Below, piece after piece: positions 29,098 to 40,099 of a stretch of 64,000 nucleotides of DNA. Numbering within the stretch: position 1 is the stretch's first letter; each line of letters opens with the position of its first letter. The notes below the pieces were generated by a model, which saw nothing but the letters and a program-made list of their open reading frames with translations, was not told the origin of the DNA and searched no databases. Source of the stretch: an uncultured PS1 clade bacterium (GTDB lineage Bacteria; Pseudomonadota; Alphaproteobacteria; MED-G09). The position numbers were made by a program, and so were the translations under genes. The stretch is from the NCBI GenBank assembly GCA_902537725.1, contig CACBCD010000005.1, forward strand, positions 279 through 64,278. Direction: 5' to 3'.

Positions 29098-30705
29098 TTG
29101 GGTACAAAAGTCGATTATGATGCGATTATTGTTGGGGCAGGTTTTGCAGGATTAGCATTAATTCATCATCTTAAAAAATTAGGTATTTCATTAAAGGTTT
29201 TTGACAAAGCATCTGGAATTGGAGGAACTTGGAATTGGAATAAATATCCAGGAGCAGCTACTGATAGTGAAGGTTATTATTACTGCCTATCCTTTTCAAA
29301 AGAAATTATGCAAGAATGGACTTGGTCAGAGCGATATCCAGGTTGGGAAGAAACAAATCGATATCTTCATTTTGTAGCTGATAAATGCAATATGTGGCCA
29401 GATATTCAGCTTAACACTGAAATTATAAGCGCTGAATTCAGTAATGATGAGAAAATTTGGATTGTAACTACAAATAACGGTGAAAAATTAAGCTGTAAAT
29501 ACTTTATAAGCGCTATGGGAATGATATCTCAACCAGTAATTCCAAATATAAAGGGTAGGGAAAAATTTGAGGGTCCATGTTTTCACTCGTCTAGGTGGCC
29601 ACAAGAAGGACTTAATTATGAAGGTAAAAAAATTGGTATAATTGGATGTGGCGCATCAACTGTTCAAATGTTGCCAATAATGGCTAAAACCGCAGAAAGT
29701 GTTACAGTTTTTCAAAGAACTCCAAATTTTGTATTACCAGCAATGCAAAGACCAATGACGCCAGAATGGGAAAAAGAAATTAAAGATAATTATGATGAAA
29801 TTATTCAAAAGTGCAGAAACCATGTTTTTGGTATGGCTTTTGATAGTCCTGTAGGACGTAATGCGGTTGATACGCCACCCGAGGAACGTGAAAAAATATT
29901 TGAAGAAAACTGGAAAGGAAGTTTCCGATGGGTTTTTGAAACATTCGATGATCTTTTGGCGGATCCAGAGGCCAACAAAATGGCAGCTGATTTTGTTATC
30001 AAAAAAATGAAAGAAAAAGTCAAAGATCCAATTACTGCTGATCTTCTTACCCCAAAAGGTTATCCTTTATTTGCTAAAAGACCTCCACTAGATCATGGAT
30101 TTTATGAAGCGTTTAATAGAGAAAATGTTAATCTTGTCGATATAAAAAATAATGAACCAATATCAGAAATTACTGAAAAAGGGGTTAAAACAACGAAAAA
30201 TAATTACTCTTTTGATATAATCATTTTGGCAACAGGTTTTCAAGCATACACAGGTGCTCTTGAGGCTTTTGATATCAAAGGAATTAGTGGTTCAACTATC
30301 AGAGATAAATGGGAAAAAGAGTCTAAATCAATCATGGGTGTATGTATTTCAGATTTTCCAAATTTGTTTACTGTTACCGGGCCACAGGCACCTTTTGCCA
30401 ATCTACCCACTTCAATAGAACAGAATGCACTTTGGATTTCTGATTGCATAAAAAAAATGGAGGAAGAAGGTCACACATTGTGCCAACCTCTTCAAGAAGC
30501 AGAAAATGAATGGTCTGCACATGTATCCGAAATTCATAAACAAACATTAATGGATGTTGGTGATCAAGTTCACTCTTGGATGATGGGTGCTAACATCGAG
30601 AATAAAAATGCAAGAGTTTTGATTTATTTTGGTGGTGCAGGAGTTTATTATGACAGGTTAAGAGAGTCTGTTGATAAAGGTTTTCCAGAGCTAGCATTCA
30701 GCTAA
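29098..30705 (+). CDS. Baeyer-Villiger (flavin-containing) monooxygenase
   Basis: GAGFAGL FAD site and the BVMO fingerprint FEGPCFHSSRWP. A likely TTG start at 29098 is preceded by GGGGA; the longest ORF begins at 29020. Confidence 0.75.
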   Translation: MGTKVDYDAIIVGAGFAGLALIHHLKKLGISLKVFDKASGIGGTWNWNKYPGAATDSEGYYYCLSFSKEIMQEWTWSERYPGWEETNRYLHFVADKCNMWPDIQLNTEIISAEFSNDEKIWIVTTNNGEKLSCKYFISAMGMISQPVIPNIKGREKFEGPCFHSSRWPQEGLNYEGKKIGIIGCGASTVQMLPIMAKTAESVTVFQRTPNFVLPAMQRPMTPEWEKEIKDNYDEIIQKCRNHVFGMAFDSPVGRNAVDTPPEEREKIFEENWKGSFRWVFETFDDLLADPEANKMAADFVIKKMKEKVKDPITADLLTPKGYPLFAKRPPLDHGFYEAFNRENVNLVDIKNNEPISEITEKGVKTTKNNYSFDIIILATGFQAYTGALEAFDIKGISGSTIRDKWEKESKSIMGVCISDFPNLFTVTGPQAPFANLPTSIEQNALWISDCIKKMEEEGHTLCQPLQEAENEWSAHVSEIHKQTLMDVGDQVHSWMMGANIENKNARVLIYFGGAGVYYDRLRESVDKGFPELAFS

Positions 30706-31186
30706 TTTTATTCTTAAAATCGCCTGACCAAAAAAGGAGTGGTTTTTTATTTTTGTTCAAAATTTCAAAATTACTCACACTACCTATTATAATTGAATGA
30801 TCTCCGGATGGAATAATTTCTTTTCTTGAGCATGCTATCCAGCCTAATGAATTTTTAAGTATAAGGCCAAATTCATGATCAATAAATTCTATATCATCTA
30901 AAGAATGATTGCTTTTCATTGACAACAGTTTAGCGATACTTAATTGATCTTCAGAGAGAAAATTAAAAATATATTTATCTTTATCAATAATTTCCTCATA
31001 AACGTCTGAGCCATTATCAATACACCACAATGCTAGAGGTGGATTTAGAGAAACCGATGCAAATGAATTTACAGTAATTCCTCTGGGTTTTTTATCCTTA
31101 CCATAAAAAGAAATTGCACAAACACCTGTAGCAAATTTTCCAAAAATATCTCTTAAGTTACGATTTTGAGGATTTTCAGATTTCAT
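30698..31186 (-). CDS. Flavin reductase domain protein
   Basis: Flavin_Reduct-like sequence; 162 aa; adjacent to a P450 and the BVMO. Confidence 0.6.
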   Translation of the reverse strand: MKSENPQNRNLRDIFGKFATGVCAISFYGKDKKPRGITVNSFASVSLNPPLALWCIDNGSDVYEEIIDKDKYIFNFLSEDQLSIAKLLSMKSNHSLDDIEFIDHEFGLILKNSLGWIACSRKEIIPSGDHSIIIGSVSNFEILNKNKKPLLFWSGDFKNKIS

Positions 31187-31217
31187 TTTTTGTCTTTTAG
31201 ATAAAAATTATACTGAC

Positions 31218-32480
31218 TTAGTCAGTTATTTTAACTGGAAGAGAGAGATAGCCTTTTACAAATGAGGAGTTTACGCGTTCAGGCTCAGCTAATACTTCAA
31301 TATTATTAAATCTTTTCATAATTTCTTCCCATAATATCTCTAGTTGCATATCAGCTAAACGGTTACCAACACACCTATGAATTCCAAAACCAAAAGAAAG
31401 ATGAGTTCTTGGCCTTTCTCTATCTATTATAAATGAATTCGGATTATCAATAACCTCTTCATCTCTGTTCCCAGATACATACCACATTACAACTTTATCA
31501 CCTTTTTTAATTTTTTTTCCTCTTATTTCTGTATCCTCTAGAGCAGTTCTTCGCATATAAGCTAAAGGTGTTTGCCAACGAATAATTTCTGGCACCATTG
31601 AGTAAATCAAGTCATGATTATTTCTTAATTTGTCATACTGGTCAGGGTTTTCATTTAAAGCAACTATACCGCCTGTCATTGAATTTCTGGTTGTATCATT
31701 ACCTCCTACAATTAAAAGTATTAGGTTACCAAGATACTCCATTGGCTCCATATTTCTAGTCAAAGGATTATGAGCAAGCATTGAAATTAAATCAGTTTTA
31801 GGTTCGGAATTAACTCTCTCATTCCATAATTTAGTAAAGTATTCCAAACACTCATATAATTCACTATATCTTTGCTCATCAGTCTCGATAACTCCGTCTC
31901 CTGGTCTAGCTGTAGCTACGTCTGACCACCTTGTTAATTTGTATCTATCCTCAAACGGAAAATCGAATAATGTGGCAAGCATTTGTGTTGTTAACTCAAT
32001 AGAAACACTTTTCACCCAATCAAAAGACTCATTTTTAGGCAAACTATCAAGAACATTTTGTGTTCTTTCCCGAATTAGACCTTCCATGTTTTTTAAATTG
32101 CTCGGCGCTACAACAGGATTTACAGCTTTTCGTTGAATATCATGTTTTGGAGGATCCATGGCAATAAACATAGGTGTAGTAAATTCTTCACGCGGATCAA
32201 AGAGAGTTATAGCAGGTTCAGAAGAAAAAATTTTATGATTTGTATCAACATCCATAATATCATTATATTTAGTAATTGACCAATAAGGACCAATTTCTTC
32301 ATCAAGAAATTCACCCATACCCAAATCAAAAGGTCTTTCACAGTAATGAACAGGATCTTCTTTTCTTAAGCGTTCAAAATAAGACCACATTACGTTATTT
32401 TTAAAAAGAGCTGGTTCAGCTGGGTGAATCTTATCCAAAGGAACAGAATATGCGTCAGGTATTTCTATTTTTTTATCCAT
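31218..32480 (-). CDS. Cytochrome P450
   Basis: Heme loop FGFGIHRCVGNRLA; ExxR; I-helix GGNDTT. Confidence 0.85.
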   Translation of the reverse strand: MDKKIEIPDAYSVPLDKIHPAEPALFKNNVMWSYFERLRKEDPVHYCERPFDLGMGEFLDEEIGPYWSITKYNDIMDVDTNHKIFSSEPAITLFDPREEFTTPMFIAMDPPKHDIQRKAVNPVVAPSNLKNMEGLIRERTQNVLDSLPKNESFDWVKSVSIELTTQMLATLFDFPFEDRYKLTRWSDVATARPGDGVIETDEQRYSELYECLEYFTKLWNERVNSEPKTDLISMLAHNPLTRNMEPMEYLGNLILLIVGGNDTTRNSMTGGIVALNENPDQYDKLRNNHDLIYSMVPEIIRWQTPLAYMRRTALEDTEIRGKKIKKGDKVVMWYVSGNRDEEVIDNPNSFIIDRERPRTHLSFGFGIHRCVGNRLADMQLEILWEEIMKRFNNIEVLAEPERVNSSFVKGYLSLPVKITD

Positions 32481-32542
32481 ATTAACTCTTTTTTAAGACA
32501 GTAACTTAACAATACATAAAAAAAAATTTACGTCTATGTATA

Positions 32543-34855
32543 TTAATTATTATTAATAATTTTCCATACCTTCATTGGGGTAATTGGCATATCAAGCTCT
32601 TTAAAATCATATTCAGATAAAGCATCATAAACAGCATTAACATAAGCAGTAGTTGAAGCTACAGTTCCAGCTTCACCACAACCTTTAGCCCCTAGCATAT
32701 TTGTTGTACATTCTGCTTCCTCGTTAAAATCTAAGTCAAGATGAGGAAATTCATCCGCTCTTGGCATATGATAATCCATATATGAACCATTAATTAACTG
32801 CCCAGATTCCTCTTCAAAAATAGCATGCTCTCCCATAGCCTGTCCTAAACCTTGAACGATACCTCCATGAACTTGGCCTGCTACGAGAAGAGGATTAATT
32901 ATTTTCCCAAAGTCATCAGTTGCTGAATAATTATCAATTTCTATTCTTCCAGTTTCTTTATCGATAGATACCTCGCAAACATGACAGCCATTTGGAAAAG
33001 TAGGATCTTTATGTTCATAAGCACTCTCACCATCAAGAATCTGAGTATTGGATTGACCTTCTGCTAATCTAGCAACTGAGAATAAATCAATATTTCTATT
33101 TGTTCCTTTTACCTCAAATAAAGGGCCAGCATTTGTAGTATACTCTATATCGTCAACAGATGCTTCAAGCTCATTTGCGGCTATTTCAATACCTTTTTTT
33201 AACATAGCCTCAGAAGCATCATTGATAGCTCCTGCAGCCATATACAATGACTTTGATCCACCTGTACCACCTCCACCAGGCAAATCATCACTGTCACCAA
33301 AATGAACGGAAACATCTTCAGGATTTACACCTAATTTTTCGACCAAAATTTGCGTCCATGCTGTTTCATGTCCTTGGCCAGTGGCCATAGTACCGGCGTA
33401 AACCTTTACGGATCCATCACTAGAAACCACCACTCTAGAATTTTCAGAGCCTTCTCCTTGAGTTCTTTCAACATAATAAGAAACGCCAATACCTTTCAAA
33501 TATTTACTCTTGTCAGCAGATTTTTTTCTATTAACGAAATCACTATATGACGAATTTACTATCGACATTTCTGTTGTTTTTTGGAAATCACAGCTATCAA
33601 ATGGAAGAATAGATCCTTCATTTTTGCCAATTTCATCTGGTTGAACAAAATTTTTCATTCTTAATTCTAAAGGATCAATTCCTAAGTCATCGGCAGCTTT
33701 ATCAACCAATCGTTCAATAACATAACTTGCCTCAGGCCGCCCAGCTCCTCTATAGGCATCCACTGGAACAGTATTTGTATAAACAACATTAACTTTATTA
33801 TATAAGGTAGGTATTTTATATACGCCAACATGCATTCCTGCGCCTGCAAGTGTAGGTATAAAAATCCCATACTGAGACAAATAAGCCCCTACAGCTGCAA
33901 CTGTATCAACTTTTACTCCCAGAAAATGACCATCTTTATCCATAGCTATAGAGGCTTTCGTTACATGGTCTCTTCCGTGAGAGTCACTCAAAAAAGCTTC
34001 AGATCTTGTAGAGGTCCACTTCACAGGCCTATTCAAAGATCTGCTAGCAAACATTGTAGCGATGTATTCAGGAAAACACATCATTTTTAATCCAAACCCT
34101 CCGCCAACATCATTTGTTACAACCTTAACCTGTTTTTCCTCTACTCCAAGAGAAGCGGCTAGCCTCTCTCTCATGGCATGAGGTCCTTGACTTTCTACAT
34201 AAACGGTAAAGTGATCATCATCTTTATTGAAGTCTGATGTAGCAGACCTTGGTTCAATTGGATTTACAACAATTCTATTATTAACCAAGGTTACTTCTGA
34301 AACGTGCTCAGCTTTATCTTTTACATCATTCCACTCTTGCTCAGAGCCAAGCTCCCAATCAACAGCAGAATTTGAACCAAATTCATCAAAAAGTAATGGT
34401 GATTGAGGATCTAATGCTTTTGCTGTATCTGTTACGCAAGGAAGCTCCTCGTAATCAACCTCAATAAATTCAGAAGCGTCAAGTGCCTGATTTGTAGTTT
34501 CAGCAACAATAAAGGCAACTGGGTCGCCAACATGTCTAACTTTACCTACAGCAAGAATAGGTCTTTTGCTTGCATTCATAGGAGATCCGTCTTTATTTTG
34601 TAAAAAATCTATCACGGACATATGAGATAAGCCCTCTTCTTGTAATCTTTCTCCAGTAAAAATATCTATAACACCAGGCATTTTTCTTGCTTCATCAATA
34701 TTAATTGAAATAATTTTTGCATGAGCATAAGGAGATCTTGCAAAAACACCATGTACCATTCCTGGTAACTTTTGATCATCAGTAAACTTACCCTGACCCG
34801 TAATAAGTCTCGTATCTTCAATTCTAGTTACTGGTTGTCCAACCGCAAATTTCAT
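32543..34855 (-). CDS. Molybdopterin-binding large subunit of the xanthine dehydrogenase/CO dehydrogenase (CoxL-like) family
   Basis: 770 aa with aldehyde oxidase/xanthine dehydrogenase Mo-binding domains. No small or medium subunit genes adjacent. Confidence 0.75.
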   Translation of the reverse strand: MKFAVGQPVTRIEDTRLITGQGKFTDDQKLPGMVHGVFARSPYAHAKIISINIDEARKMPGVIDIFTGERLQEEGLSHMSVIDFLQNKDGSPMNASKRPILAVGKVRHVGDPVAFIVAETTNQALDASEFIEVDYEELPCVTDTAKALDPQSPLLFDEFGSNSAVDWELGSEQEWNDVKDKAEHVSEVTLVNNRIVVNPIEPRSATSDFNKDDDHFTVYVESQGPHAMRERLAASLGVEEKQVKVVTNDVGGGFGLKMMCFPEYIATMFASRSLNRPVKWTSTRSEAFLSDSHGRDHVTKASIAMDKDGHFLGVKVDTVAAVGAYLSQYGIFIPTLAGAGMHVGVYKIPTLYNKVNVVYTNTVPVDAYRGAGRPEASYVIERLVDKAADDLGIDPLELRMKNFVQPDEIGKNEGSILPFDSCDFQKTTEMSIVNSSYSDFVNRKKSADKSKYLKGIGVSYYVERTQGEGSENSRVVVSSDGSVKVYAGTMATGQGHETAWTQILVEKLGVNPEDVSVHFGDSDDLPGGGGTGGSKSLYMAAGAINDASEAMLKKGIEIAANELEASVDDIEYTTNAGPLFEVKGTNRNIDLFSVARLAEGQSNTQILDGESAYEHKDPTFPNGCHVCEVSIDKETGRIEIDNYSATDDFGKIINPLLVAGQVHGGIVQGLGQAMGEHAIFEEESGQLINGSYMDYHMPRADEFPHLDLDFNEEAECTTNMLGAKGCGEAGTVASTTAYVNAVYDALSEYDFKELDMPITPMKVWKIINNN

Positions 34856-34869
34856 AAAAATCTCCTTTT

Positions 34870-35625
34870 TTATTCTTTATAACTAATATCTATCTTATCA
34901 AGCTTTCTTATAAGTGCTGGCCATGCCAAGTTACCTATTCCTTGCTCAGAGGCCATTTGTCCTTGATCTGTAACTAACTCAATAACGTCATCAGGGACCA
35001 TATTTAATTTTGAACCACCTGATAGAGCTTTAATTTGCATTGTGCATGCTCTTTCGAGAAAAAATAACCGTAACCATGCATCGGCACAAGTTGCACCTGT
35101 GGCTAGTAATCCATGATTCCTTAAAATCATACAATGTTTATCACCCAAATCATTGAGTAATCTCTCTCTTTCATCATGATTAAGGGCTATTCCCTCGTAA
35201 TCATGATAGGCACATTCATTTCTAATAACCATTGCGGTCTGTGAAATTGGTAAAAGCCCATGTTCTTGTGCAGAAACCGCAACTCCGTCATTTGAATGAG
35301 TATGAATTACCGCATGGTTATGTTGCCCATTTCCATGAACAGCTGAGTGTATAGTAAATCCTGCGGCATTAACAAAATATTCTGTTTCAGAAACTATGTT
35401 TCCATCAAGATCTATTTTTACCAAATCAGAAGCTTTTATTTCCTCAAAGAGAAGGCCATAAGGATTTAACAAAAAATGATTATCCTCGCCAGGAACCCTT
35501 GCAGAAATATGAGTAAAAACTAAATCATCCCAACCATAAAGTGCAACAAGTCGATATAAAGCAGCTAGATCAACTCTTGTTTGCCACTCTTCAGTAGAGA
35601 CTGAATCCTTAATTGCATTACCCAT
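34870..35625 (-). CDS. Class II aldolase/adducin family protein
   Basis: His-rich metal site HTHS...H...H; 251 aa. Confidence 0.65.
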   Translation of the reverse strand: MGNAIKDSVSTEEWQTRVDLAALYRLVALYGWDDLVFTHISARVPGEDNHFLLNPYGLLFEEIKASDLVKIDLDGNIVSETEYFVNAAGFTIHSAVHGNGQHNHAVIHTHSNDGVAVSAQEHGLLPISQTAMVIRNECAYHDYEGIALNHDERERLLNDLGDKHCMILRNHGLLATGATCADAWLRLFFLERACTMQIKALSGGSKLNMVPDDVIELVTDQGQMASEQGIGNLAWPALIRKLDKIDISYKE

Positions 35626-35696
35626 GCTTAATAACCTTTCTAGAATTATTTAATATTAATATATCAAATAATTTAATATTGTCTTTATTAATAAAT

Positions 35697-37190
35697 TTAA
35701 TCAGCCATTTCTATAGTCTTTTGAACTGCATTATGCCAATCTTCAATAATTTTTTTTCTTAAATTTTTATCAATAGTTGATTGCAATTTATTACTCATAT
35801 TAGTTAAAGATTTTATATTATCAAACCCTTTATAGTATCCAATACCTATACCTGAAACCAATGAGGCGCCTAATGCTGTAGATTCTTTTGTGTAAGCTTT
35901 AAGGATATTAAAATTTGTAATATCTGCTAAATTTTTTACAAACCAATCGTTCTCTATCATTCCACCGTCAATGCTTAGAAAATTAGATAAAGAGATTCTA
36001 TTGCTTTCAAAATCTTCTCTAAAAGCTTCTAATAAATCATATGTTTGAAGGGAAATTGCCTGCAAAGAAGAATGTATTAATTCACCTCTACCTGTATCTT
36101 GAGTAATTCCATAAATTGCCCCCTTTGAATTAGGAGACCAATGGGGTGCTCCTAATCCAGAAAATGCTGGTACTATTATTACATTTGATGACGGGTTTAC
36201 AGATGAGGCTAACTTTGATGTCTCTGAAATATTTTTAAATAACTTTAAATTGGACTGCATCCAATTCATTAATCCTCCAGCCATAAAAATTGAACCTTCT
36301 AGAGCATAACTTACATCATTATTAATTTTGCAGGAAATAGTTGTTAGTAATTTTTTATTTGAATAAATTATTTTATTCCCAGTATTTGCTAAAACAAAGC
36401 AACCAGTCCCATATGTTGACTTCAAGTCACCCTCTTCAAAGCAAAATTGTCCTATAGCTGAGGACTGCTGATCACCAATTACACCCGTAATTTTTATAGA
36501 TCTACTTAGAATTTCTGTATCACCATAATAATCATCACAAGCTTTTACCTCTGGTAAACAATGAAATGGAATTTTAAATATGTCTAAAAGTTCCCTATCC
36601 CATTGCATTTCCTTAATATTAAATAAACTTGTTCTCGAAGCATTTGTTACATCTGTTGCAAAAATTTTACCATTTGTTAACTTCCAGATTAACCAAGTAT
36701 CTATTGTTCCAAAGCAAACCTGTCCGTTTTTAGCTTTTTTTCTAACACCATCGACATTATCCAAAATCCAAGCAATTTTTGTAGCAGAGAAATATGGATC
36801 AAGAAGCAGTCCTGTTTTTTTATTTATAATTTCTTCAAGCCCATCATTTTTTAAATTATTACATAATTCTGATGTTCTTTTATCTTGCCAAACTATTGCA
36901 TTATAAAGAGGTTTTCCTGTTTTATTATCCCAAACTACAATTGTTTCTCTTTGATTGGTTATGCCAATTGATAGTATTTTTTTAGAATTTCTGCCTTTTA
37001 AAATTTTTTCACAGCATGAAACTACGCTCTCAAAAATTTCATTTGGATTATGTTCTACCCATGATTCATTTAAATAAATTTGCTTAAGTTTTTTTTGAAA
37101 AACATCAATAACATTAAATTTTTCGTCAAATAATAATGCTCTACTTGATGAAGTACCCTGATCAATTGTAAGAAACAAAAAAACCCCCAT
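35697..37190 (-). CDS. glpK: Glycerol kinase (FGGY family)
   Basis: N-terminus IDQGTSSSRALLFD, with FGGY N- and C-terminal domains. Confidence 0.75.
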   Translation of the reverse strand: MGVFLFLTIDQGTSSSRALLFDEKFNVIDVFQKKLKQIYLNESWVEHNPNEIFESVVSCCEKILKGRNSKKILSIGITNQRETIVVWDNKTGKPLYNAIVWQDKRTSELCNNLKNDGLEEIINKKTGLLLDPYFSATKIAWILDNVDGVRKKAKNGQVCFGTIDTWLIWKLTNGKIFATDVTNASRTSLFNIKEMQWDRELLDIFKIPFHCLPEVKACDDYYGDTEILSRSIKITGVIGDQQSSAIGQFCFEEGDLKSTYGTGCFVLANTGNKIIYSNKKLLTTISCKINNDVSYALEGSIFMAGGLMNWMQSNLKLFKNISETSKLASSVNPSSNVIIVPAFSGLGAPHWSPNSKGAIYGITQDTGRGELIHSSLQAISLQTYDLLEAFREDFESNRISLSNFLSIDGGMIENDWFVKNLADITNFNILKAYTKESTALGASLVSGIGIGYYKGFDNIKSLTNMSNKLQSTIDKNLRKKIIEDWHNAVQKTIEMAD

Positions 37191-37255
37191 AGATAAATAT
37201 AACTATTCATAGTAAAACAAATGACAAATAACAATTATTATGGAAGAATTTTTTT

Positions 37256-38020
37256 ATGAGTGAAATAAAAATACATATAGTATCAAGCAACAATGCTGAA
37301 GCAAAAAAAGCAAAAAGAGATTTAGCTAAATTATATAAGAGTTATCCAATAAATAAGGCTAACACTATTGTTGCATTAGGTGGTGACGGACTAATGCTCC
37401 AAACTCTTCATGATAATATAAATAGGGATTTACCAATTTACGGAATGAACAGAGGATCTATTGGTTTCTTAATGAATAAATATAATGAAAAAAATCTTTT
37501 AAAGAGAATTGAGAAATCTATATCGGCTGAACTTCACCCTCTTAAAATGAAGACTAAAAGTAAGAATAAAATTTTTACAGCAAAAGCTATTAACGAAGTT
37601 TCTCTTCTTCGAGAAACATATCAAGCTGCGAAAGTTAAAATTTATGTTGATGGAAAAGAGAGACTTAAAGAGTTAATATGTGATGGTTTACTTTTATGCA
37701 CACCTGCAGGTAGTACAGCTTATAATCTATCAGCCCATGGCCCTATTCTTCCATTAACTTCTAACTTATTGGCCTTAACACCTATCTCTGCATTTAGACC
37801 AAGAAGGTGGAAAGGAGCTCTTTTGCCGAGAAACGCAAAAGTAAGAATAAATATTTTAGAGAAAAAGAAAAGACCAGTTAGTGTTGTTGCTGATAACTCA
37901 GAATTTAGAGATATTGAATATGTAGAAATTTCAGAAGATAAAGATATTCAATTAAGAATGTTATTTGATCCTAAAACAAATCTTGAAGAAAGAATAATTA
38001 ACGAACAATTTATTTATTAA
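37256..38020 (+). CDS. nadK: NAD+ kinase
   Basis: GGDGLML motif and NEVS/DGL motifs. Confidence 0.8.
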   Translation: MSEIKIHIVSSNNAEAKKAKRDLAKLYKSYPINKANTIVALGGDGLMLQTLHDNINRDLPIYGMNRGSIGFLMNKYNEKNLLKRIEKSISAELHPLKMKTKSKNKIFTAKAINEVSLLRETYQAAKVKIYVDGKERLKELICDGLLLCTPAGSTAYNLSAHGPILPLTSNLLALTPISAFRPRRWKGALLPRNAKVRINILEKKKRPVSVVADNSEFRDIEYVEISEDKDIQLRMLFDPKTNLEERIINEQFIY

Positions 38021-38022
38021 TT

Positions 38023-38811
38023 TTATAGATTTTTTAGAGGTTCTTTTATTAAGCCATATCCGGCTTTTTCTGGAATTGTTAAAAAAGCCTCTCCTTCAAT
38101 CTTACTTATTGATGGGGTAACTGTAGCTATTTTTGAATTTCTTGCATTTTCTAAGGCTTCTTCAACTGTATTTGATTTACTAAGCTTTTCTAGATTTAGT
38201 CTTGTTGGAAAAATAATTGTTCTTTTTTTTGAATAGCAATCATCTAGAGCTTGTTGCGGACTTATCCATATAGAATCAACGGATTCAGTTCCATCATGCT
38301 CACCTTCATGGTCTTTGGGGGCTTCTGCAATATAGAATCTAGTATCAAATCTTTTTGGCATTTTTTTAGGGGTAATCCAATGAGCAAATGGTATAAGACT
38401 TTTTGTAGAAAAAATTAAATCTTCATTTGAAGCAAAATCTATCATTGATGCATGGTTGTCATTAAATTTTTCTCTCCAATTAGATAAATTTTTAAGTCTT
38501 TTTAAGCTTATATGAGATTTACTACTCTTATCATTAGCATACAAAACATTTGCTTCTTCAAAACTTTCTCTAATTGCAGCAATTTTAAATGGAAGGGTTT
38601 CAGAGTTATCAGTTTCATCAACATATGATAAATTTTTTAATTTCTTGTCATAATCATTTTTATCTACCTTGCCTCCTGGGAATACAAGAGCCCCTGAAGC
38701 AAAATCAATTTCATGATGTCTTACTACCATAAAAACTTCTAAGCCTATTTTACCATCTCGAATTATTAAAACAGTTGATGCAGGAATTAATTTATTTTCA
38801 CTATCGTTCAT
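38023..38811 (-). CDS. NUDIX hydrolase
   Basis: Nudix-box-like AIRESFEEANV. A start at the internal Met (MNDSEN) is more likely than the longest ORF, which begins at 38844. Confidence 0.55.
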   Translation of the reverse strand: MNDSENKLIPASTVLIIRDGKIGLEVFMVVRHHEIDFASGALVFPGGKVDKNDYDKKLKNLSYVDETDNSETLPFKIAAIRESFEEANVLYANDKSSKSHISLKRLKNLSNWREKFNDNHASMIDFASNEDLIFSTKSLIPFAHWITPKKMPKRFDTRFYIAEAPKDHEGEHDGTESVDSIWISPQQALDDCYSKKRTIIFPTRLNLEKLSKSNTVEEALENARNSKIATVTPSISKIEGEAFLTIPEKAGYGLIKEPLKNL

Positions 38812-38880
38812 GCAATAATGATATATCATAATAATAATAATCACAGTTTATTATCTTAAATAATTTTCAATGGGGTTGAA

Positions 38881-40098
38881 ATGCTTGAAGGACTAAAAGT
38901 TATTGAAATGGCTACTTATGTTGCAGCACCGGCAGCTGGAGCTATGTTAAGGGATTGGGGTGCTGAAGTTATAAAAGTAGAACCTTTGAATGGTTGTCCA
39001 ATGAGAAGATTCTTTGAAGGAATGAAGTCAAATGTTCCGATTGAGGGTAACCCTATATTCACATTAGATAATAGAGGAAAAAAAGGTATCTCAATAAATA
39101 CTAGCGATGAAAAGGGTGCTGATATTGTAAGAGAGTTAATAAAAGATGCAGATATTTTCTTAACAAATGTAAGACCGCGATCTCTTGAAAGCGCAAAACT
39201 TGATCATGAATCCCTACTTAAAGTAAACCCTAAATTAATATATTGCTCATTAACTGGTTATGGTCTTGAGGGTGAAGAAAAAAATAGACCTGGCTTTGAT
39301 GTTGCAGCTTATTGGTCGAGATCAGGGATGGCACATTTAACTCAAAGAAAAGGAGAAGAACCTCTTCCTATAAGAACAGCCTCTGGTGATCATATAACAG
39401 CAATTTCTACTGTGAGCGGAATTTTAGCTGCAGTTTATGAAAGAACAAAAACAGGAAAAGGAAAAGTTGTTGAGACATCACTTTTGAGAACAGGTATATA
39501 CTCTCTCAGCTCGGACATGGCTTTGCAATTAAAATTTGGAAGAGTACCCTCTACTAAAAAGAGAGATGAACAAATTAATCCTATATTTAATTTTTTTAAA
39601 ACTAAAGATGATAGATGGATTTGTCTTAGTCCAAGAGCAGGTGGAGATTATGATTTGCCTAAAGTTGTAAGAGCTCTTGGAAAAGAGGAATGGCTAAAAA
39701 ACGAAAAATTCAATACAAATCAAGCAAGAAGAGAAAATGCAAAAGAGTTTATCGACGAAATGGATAGAGCATTTAGCCAATATACAATGTCTGAGTGGGG
39801 TGAAAAACTTGATGAGCAGGATTTAATTTGGTCCCCTGTTCAAAACCTTAAAGAGGTATCAAAAGATAAGCAAGCCATTGATAGTGGTGCCTTTTCAGAG
39901 GTTGAGGACCAAGACTGTGACGAAAATTATAGTACAGTCTCTTCTCCAGTTAGGTTTCATAATTCAGATGACGGTCCAAAAGGACCAGCTCCAAAACTTG
40001 GTCAAGATAATTTTGAAGTTCTTAAGAGTATTGGAATTAACGAAGATCAAATAAATGAGCTTATTGTTAGAGGGATAGTTGGAAACTCTCAAAAATAA
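38881..40098 (+). CDS. CoA-transferase family III (CaiB/BaiF) protein
   Basis: Family III CoA-transferase architecture; 405 aa. Confidence 0.7.
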   Translation: MLEGLKVIEMATYVAAPAAGAMLRDWGAEVIKVEPLNGCPMRRFFEGMKSNVPIEGNPIFTLDNRGKKGISINTSDEKGADIVRELIKDADIFLTNVRPRSLESAKLDHESLLKVNPKLIYCSLTGYGLEGEEKNRPGFDVAAYWSRSGMAHLTQRKGEEPLPIRTASGDHITAISTVSGILAAVYERTKTGKGKVVETSLLRTGIYSLSSDMALQLKFGRVPSTKKRDEQINPIFNFFKTKDDRWICLSPRAGGDYDLPKVVRALGKEEWLKNEKFNTNQARRENAKEFIDEMDRAFSQYTMSEWGEKLDEQDLIWSPVQNLKEVSKDKQAIDSGAFSEVEDQDCDENYSTVSSPVRFHNSDDGPKGPAPKLGQDNFEVLKSIGINEDQINELIVRGIVGNSQK

Positions 40099-40099
40099 A

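Noticed and set aside
33350-34090. Three small ORFs (66, 62 and 86 aa) inside or antisense to the Mo-hydroxylase gene
   Set aside because: They are embedded in a well-supported 770-aa CDS, have low complexity and carry no motifs. They are frame artefacts.
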